Notes under the pieces: model-generated
Databases searched by the model: none
What the model was told of the DNA's origin: nothing
What the model saw: only the letters and a program-made list of their open reading frames with translations
Part shown: positions 57,147-63,986 of the stretch, in pieces
Numbering within the stretch: the stretch's first letter is position 1
Layout: each line of letters starts with the position of its first letter
Source of the DNA: Phoronis australis
Lineage: Eukaryota; Animalia; Phoronida
Reading direction: 5' to 3'
Length of the DNA: 63,986 nucleotides
Assembly: GCA_002633005.1 (NCBI GenBank)
Contig: NMRA01000737.1
Span: 11,266 to 75,251, forward strand
Translations under genes and position numbers: made by a program

Positions 57147-57454
57147 ATGGCTGGAGTCGGTGACCCTTATCACAGTGACAGTAGTGTGAGTGACGGAGAC
57201 CTTGTTCGCAGCAATGCATGGTGACGAGGAAGTTTTTCACGGACATTCAGTGGGTGGGTACATGTTTGAGCCCGAGTATAACGAGGCAGAGTACGCACAG
57301 GCACAGGCAGGTGTTGAGAGAAACGAGACGGCTACTGAGGACAGACGTGGTGACACATCTTGATGCAAATGCACTGTGTGCGTTGTTATGCCTACCTCAA
57401 TGGAATACTTGTGCTGTTCAGAGTTCGACGAGGCCAAGCCACTACTGGACATGG
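57147..57454 (+). pseudogene. KolX / P2X7 C-terminal (ballast)-like Cys-rich protein, 5' fragment
   Basis: ATG at 57147, frameshift near 57215, GYMFEPEY motif, then RRGDTS*CKCTVCVVMPTSMEYLCCSE with TGA (57361) where Trp is expected. Confidence 0.75.
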
Positions 57455-58258
57455 TTAAGTGGACCTCCGGCATACCACGGACAGAGGAACAACTGTCCGA
57501 CTTGCCAGAGTGTCCCACGACACACTCCCAATGGATGGTGACCTGAGCACCCAAACTGCTTACATCGTGTCGTGTGACTCCCTAGCCACACACCTGGCAC
57601 CTTCTAAATAGCTCCAACACTTAAGACAAGTCCACAATAAACTTATCAAAGTTTGGCTCACCGATCTGTTCACTGGACGACGAACTGTCCTCTTCACTGG
57701 GTGTCGAACTGGGCCTGTAATCACTCCCACTACTCAATATCACTGCAGGGCTGCTTAGAGGCTCTGGGCTGGAGAAAACAGCACAGGGCGAATCACTACT
57801 GGTTCCAGGAATGGCACGCTCTGGGGTACGTTCGGACTTGGAGGCACGGGTGACAGTGGATGAAGGGCCTCCACTGGCTCCAGTCACTGTACTGGCCACA
57901 GCTCGCGAGGCTTCTCTCTTCAAAAACGCACTTCTCGGGGGTGGCGACGGGGCACTGCCAGGAATCAACAAAGACGGAATGGCACCCTTCTTCAGGCGTT
58001 GTTTCGCAGGGACCTTCATCAGTTCAGCGTACAAACCCCTTTCGTAAGCAGACGGCAGAAATTGCTTGTCACACAAACGGTAATTCTCGACTGCTTTGTA
58101 CGTTGCGTGGACGCCGGGGTCAGTAACGCTTCGTTCTTCACACGAACGAGCCAAGTACGGCGAAGTGTGTCATCCATCGGAAAGCGATGCAAAGGTACTC
58201 CCAAAGCGCGCGGGAGACGATAATTAGTACATCCCGGTACGCAGCAACAGTGTGGCAT
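57455..58258 (-). pseudogene. THAP-domain transposase, N-terminal part; frameshifted, two stops, DDE core deleted
   Basis: MPHCCCVPGCTN...LHRFP..D...W; after a frameshift RLCDKQF...LKKGAIPSL; then KFIVDLS*VLELFRRCQVCG*...IHWECVVGHSG. Confidence 0.85.
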
Positions 58259-58807
58259 GTTGATTGACTAGTAAATGAAAGCAAATAACGACGTAACTTA
58301 ACACAACCGAGGTAGAACAATAACTGACTCGGCAGCTCTCACAGACAGACTATATGAAAAGAAATTGGCGCGAAATGCTTGCCTCCTAAAACGTCACTTC
58401 CAGACTAGCGGACGAGTAATTAACAAAATTATGAAAACCTGTAATTAAGTGGAAAATATGTTTAGGATAACCAACCAACCTTATTTTAGCTCAAAATGAC
58501 ATGAAAAAAGGTTGCCTTCGCCTTTAACGTTCACGTGAACATTTAGCTGTTGCTAAACCCATTACTGTTACTGTGACGTGAATCGGCTCGTGCAAGTATG
58601 CGGGATAGTTCGCGTTCATGTCAGTGCCAAACCCGCCATTTGTTGTCTGAGTCAATGACCTATTTAGGACTCGTCGAAAGTTCAGGTAAAACCAGTGAGC
58701 TATATATAACTCGTTGGGTAAAACCCTTAGTCTATTTTTGTACTAGTCCACGAAATATCGGCGTAGTTGAACAGCAGGTATTCTCACCTCCAGACTTACA
58801 TGTAAAC

Positions 58808-58864
58808 ATGTCTTCTAACAAAAAATCGGATCGTTTACTTCTCAAAGGGAAAGACTTGAAAAAG
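58808..58864 (+). CDS. possible first coding exon of a neighbouring gene
   Basis: aaacATG, 19 codons MSSNKKSDRLLLKGKDLKK, AAG|gtgaga donor, CpG-richer surroundings; no second exon found. Confidence 0.25.
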
Positions 58865-60839
58865 GTGAGAGTTTAAATTTTCTCTGAAATCATTTCGGCA
58901 TCTGATTGCAGAGCCCACGCCCGTCACTTGTTTTAGCTGAATTGAAGATTTATTGTTGACCGCATCGGCGTTAAGACGTCCTCTCTCAGCGTGACCTTTC
59001 AAATTTATGGTTTCTGGTGTAAGGTATTATGATTAAGTTTTACGGGTAAGAATTAACGTTTTGAAATCCAGGCGCACGTCAATCTTATATTTCATAAGTT
59101 GACAAAAAGGCACTGAAATTAGACCCTCCCGTCAACTGTCGTCACCGTGACTCTAGAAATTTCCCAACGTCACAGCATGCACTACAGGAGGGGCGGAGCT
59201 AGAGTGGTGAACAACGCTATATCGAAAATGGTGTAGATCTGCCTCTGCATGTTTGCATGAGCGATTCGTGTGTGCTTTTAGACATTGAACATCATGCCTT
59301 TTTACCACTGAGTCAGTGGTTATAGCGGCACCAATTACGGTTGATTGTTGTCAGGCCAATTAAGCACCAGGACTTTTTTCTTTCCTTTCACGTTTGCAAA
59401 ATTTTATTTGTTTGCCAACTATTTATGAAAGTTGTGGTCTGAGCTGTTCAGTTGTAGTGTCACACCATGACTGGGAACAACAATGGGAAATGTACCCATG
59501 CCCCTCCATTATCGTGTAAACATATTACTGTCAGGCCTGCTGGAGATGTTTTCTCATTCTAAAAACTCTACCTAGGACAATAAGAAAATTTTGAGCATAT
59601 GGTCATGTCGCGGTAGTGGAGAGTTAATTCCTACAGATCTACGCTCAAAATTCTGAGAAGACCAGTGTCGTCACTGTTTTCACTTTCACTTGGTATGTTG
59701 TAGACAAGACTGCAATGATTGGTTTAGGCAAGCACATACATACATAATACACACATACATACTGTGTGCATCTATATTTAAACTTGTGCATTCATAAATG
59801 CAACCATTAGCCAAAGGCTAGTAGGTGTAAACAGAATATGAAATTGATAACAAAGTTACAAGGAGTATTTACAAAAACTTACATGAGGCAATGTCAATCT
59901 AGATTGCTATGTATTGAAAGTATAGTGAGGTATGTAGGCTATAGTAAAAAAGAAGAAAGGTGTTTGTATTGTCCTTAAGGTCAACTTCAGTATAGCTTAG
60001 TCGCCGAACACCTTTTGTCAGCCAATCGAAGCCAAAAAAAGCATTGTGAATTATAGACTCACTCACGATCAGTCCATGGCAACTGTACAGGGTCGATAAG
60101 ATAAACTGTTTTCTTTTACAATATACAGCGTGCAAATAACGTTATCCAGGGGTCACTGCATGGTTTAAATGCACCAGGTTCATATTATATGAAGTAGTTG
60201 CACAGGCGACATGTCTGTATTATTACGTTAGAGCTCGGGAAGTGTTGAAGTTTTTTAACGTAATACGATCGATGTACCCCTGCTTGCCAATTGCACGTCA
60301 CATTTTTGACGTCATCAAAATCTCGAAATATCGGGAGCTCAATAGCAAAATTAATCAACTACCCCCATACGGTAGTACATTCCTTACATTTCTAAAACTC
60401 GATCGTTCAAATTTCGATTAGACTGGTGCCTCGATTTCCTTCACCCGTTTGTTCATCGGTCACATATATTGAGAGAGGCCGGGTGATCGACTGACAATGT
60501 ATGATTCGGGAGAAAAATTAGGATACCTACTCATTTTAAGTTTGGACTCGAGAAAAGGGATGGGTTTACAGGGCAGCGGCTTCCATGAAAAGGTCTCACC
60601 GTTTGGAGCCTAGCCTTTTGTCGTAGTCTTTGAGAACTGCGGCCTCTAAGACAGCTCGATTAAGGAATTCACCTTTTGTAATAGTTTAGTAATATAACAT
60701 TTCTGTAGATGTTTGAAATTTGAAGGAACCCAATTTTTTCAGTCTCGAGTCAGCTTTTTCGAAGAAAAGGAGGTGCCACTTTCGTTTTTGTGCTCGTTCA
60801 CTTCAGTAATTATCGTATTCATTGATTTTATAACACGCT

Positions 60840-63800
60840 CGTTCTATGAACCATGTACAAAAGACAATTTTGTAATTTACAACACCACGATATTACGAGA
60901 AGTAGCCTGAAACATACTCTTGCCGTGGAATGTCAACTCCGATCTCGCGCCTCGCTGCCGCTGAGGTTGCGCCGAAGAGTTGTTTGTATTCATTTGTTCA
61001 GGTGTGTGTATTTGCTATGAAATTCACTGTCATTAAATCTTTTCCAAACTTCGCCAATTTTCAACCGAATTGCACAAGAGCCGTAACATTTGAAAGTCCT
61101 TTGTCAGTTCTTGATGATTATACCAGTGGCAAAAGATGAATAACTTAATTTTTATTTCGAATACCTGACTGCTTTAAAAATACTTTCAATGTTAAAAATC
61201 CGAGAGTATTACCAAAAGGCGAAAAATAATAGCGTGTTATTAGTAATATATAAAGGAAATGAACCAGAGAGGTTATAAATCTGACATGCGATTAAAGCCT
61301 AAAATATAGGGGGGCTCGATTTTTGGGAATGTGGAACTTTTACTAAAAAAACCGGGGTTCGCCGAATTCCTGCCATTTTAGTGGGCTTTTGTCTCGTTTC
61401 CTCGGACTTTTTACCTCTTTGAGGCGGACCTTTTTGCCCACTTCGCTACCCTACCCCCGTGTGCGTTCATGTCATGACTACGCTATAAACAGGGAAATAA
61501 TTTCAATGATTCAAAAGATTTTTAGCCTATAAAGACATAGGTTTTAGAAAATGGATTCCATACATTGCTGCTGATAATTTTGTCAGCCATTCATGCAAAG
61601 TTATACAACTTATAATCGAACACAATTCCATTTTTCAGTAGAAATTCAAAATGCAGTGACATTAACGGCAAATTCGATAAACTGCTTCAACTATTTATCC
61701 GAAATTTGCAAATAAAGGGCAAGCAGTTAGCTTTGAAATGTACCGTGAATAGCTCGTCACACTGGTTGCAGCGTAGGAATTTCCATAAACTTTCGAAATA
61801 AGATCCTTTTCTTCAGAAAGTAAAAATTTAACGAACACAATAGGCCTACATGTATTGTATGTTACCGTAAACAAGACACAATGTGACACATTGTTACGAT
61901 TGTTATGTTACTAAAGAAAATGGTCTCTGGAAAATAACAATAAATCGCCAACCCAAAACGTCTATTTCCAGTGTTACGCATTGCATGAAATATGATGCGT
62001 GAAGCAAAACAATTTTTAGTGGTCCATTTGTTTGTAAAGGAAAATTGAAAAGATGCAATCCGTAATGGCTCGCCGGTGAGTGAGTGAGGGAAGTTAGGTT
62101 TTCATGACGTCAGCGACGGGCTATCTCGCCAAAACTGTCACGAAACACACAAAAGCGGCCATTTAACGAGACGGGTGTAAAATGACTATAGAATTACCGT
62201 CTGCCTATAGTGTAAAAGACAAGTTAGCGCGTTCCCCAAAAATATAAAAATTCAAGTACTTGTACTAATCTGCGTTCTCACACGCAACGTCATCCACGTG
62301 CACCAAGTACTGTCTGCCTCCATATAATGAATAATGTTCAATGTTTACTGAGTCATAGCAAAATTTGATTAAGATCCCGTGAATTGCTACCTAATCTGTT
62401 GCATCTTAAACGCATGCCAACAGAGGTCTCTTCGAAAATCATCCTCCTGACGAAGCTAAGTCTGATCCATACAAATGACAGATTATATTTAAAGCCGCAC
62501 TTTGTTATCTATAACCTGTCAACGTTGAATATTTAATCAAAGCACTTTGAGGCTTAAAACGTGGATAATTAGTGCCTAAATTGACGTTAACTCAAGTTAC
62601 AAGCAATTATGCTTAGATGTCTCATTTTTGAATTTCCAATTTTAGGGTTAGCCAACCCCAACGACAGGTGAATCATTTTCTCAACTCGCTGCATGACGAT
62701 TTTAATATTCTTGCTTGTTACGAAAAAAGGTAGCNCCCTCACTCACTCACCGGCGAGCCATTACGGATTGCATCTTTTCAATTTTCCTTTACAAACAAAT
62801 GGACCACTAAAAATTGTTTTGCTTCACGCATCATATTTCATGCAATGCGTAACACTGGAAATAGACGTTTTGGGTTGGCGATTTATTGTTATTTTCCAGA
62901 GACCATTTTCTTTAGTAACATAACAATCGTAACAATGTGTCACATTGTGTCTTGTTTACGGTAACATACAATACATGTAGGCCTATTGTGTTCGTTAAAT
63001 TTTTACTTTCTGAAGAAAAGGATCTTATTTCGAAAGTTTATGGAAATTCCTACGCTGCAACCAGTGTGACGAGCTATTCACGGTACATTTCAAAGCTAAC
63101 TGCTTGCCCTTTATTTGCAAATTTCGGATAAATAGTTGAAGCAGTTTATCGAATTTGCCGTTAATGTCACTGCATTTTGAATTTCTACTGAAAAATGGAA
63201 TTGTGTTCGATTATAAGTTGTATAACTTTGCATGAATGGCTGACAAAATTATCAGCAGCAATGTATGGAATCCATTTTCTAAAACCTATGTCTTTATAGG
63301 CTAAAAATCTTTTGAATCATTGAAATTATTTCCCTGTTTATAGCGTAGTCATGACATGAACGCACACGGGGGTAGGGTAGCGAAGTGGGCAAAAAGGTCC
63401 GCCTCAAAGAGGTAAAAAGTCCGAGGAAACGAGACAAAAGCCCACTAAAATGGCAGGAATTCGGCGAACCCCGGTTTTTTTAGTAAAAGTTCCACATTCC
63501 CAAAAATCGAGCCCCCCTATATTTTAGGCTTTAATCGCATGTCAGATTTATAACCTCTCTGGTTCATTTCCTTTATATATTACTAATAACACGCTATTAT
63601 TTTTCGCCTTTTGGTAATACTCTCGGATTTTTAACATTGAAAGTATTTTTAAAGCAGTCAGGTATTCGAAATAAAAATTAAGTTATTCATCTTTTGCCAC
63701 TGGTATAATCATCAAGAACTGACAAAGGACTTTCAAATGTTACGGCTCTTGTGCAATTCGGTTGAAAATTGGCGAAGTTTGGAAAAGATTTAATGACAGT

Positions 63801-63986
63801 GAATTTCATAGCAAATACACACACCTGAACAAATGAATACAAACAACTCTTCGGCGCAACCTCAGCGGCAGCGAGGCGCGAGATCGGAGTTGACATTCCA
63901 CGGCAAGAGTATGTTTCAGGCTACTTCTCGTAATATCGTGGTGTTGTAAATTACAAAATTGTCTTTTGTACATGGTTCATAGAACG
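60840..63986. repeat. 1251-bp inverted duplication (60840-62090 vs 62736-63986), second arm starts right after a single n; probable assembly artefact
   Basis: arms look identical (same 69-aa and 64-aa ORFs on opposite strands); n at 62735. Confidence 0.9.

Larger units (their letters stand above)
56813..58523. mobile_element. internally deleted Kolobok DNA transposon, 1711 bp
   Basis: TTAA|AGGCGAAGGCAACC...GGTTGCCTTCGCCT|TTAA; about 158-bp imperfect TIRs (56813-56970, 58366-58523); two convergent gene remnants. Confidence 0.88.

Noticed and set aside
57361-57363. Selenocysteine or recoded TGA in the KolX-like ORF
   Set aside because: The element also has frameshifts, TAA/TAG stops and a deletion; a TGG-to-TGA mutation is simpler.

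Overview
AT-rich eukaryotic genomic DNA, most likely from an invertebrate metazoan, in a heterozygous draft assembly (one N-gap and three single-n joins). It is not prokaryotic. Positions 1068-51600 (+) hold the 3' part of one large spliced gene. I traced 33 GT-AG exons by hand; all intron phases agree, giving 7752 nt or about 2583 aa, with the start lying upstream of the window. The product is a giant type-I membrane protein: about 11-12 FN3/Ig-like repeats (W..F.D.ESGI..Y...IGT / YY..V.A.N.AG / VD.TPP), an inserted GH16/ConA-like region split by a Thr-rich loop, an RRKR furin site, two cadherin-like domains, an EGF-like domain expanded by C-x-x-G-N-C-S/T repeats, a second EGF, a TM helix and a tail with RRKKR and NPxY. 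The introns are full of minisatellites (several copy the gene's own splice sites), MITEs, Helentron-associated non-autonomous elements, a Kolobok-type element and Penelope-type hammerhead-like motifs. Downstream is an internally deleted Kolobok transposon with 158-bp TIRs, TTAA target duplication and convergent THAP-transposase and KolX/P2X7-ballast-like pseudogenes. Domain names come from motif recognition by eye; no database searches were run.
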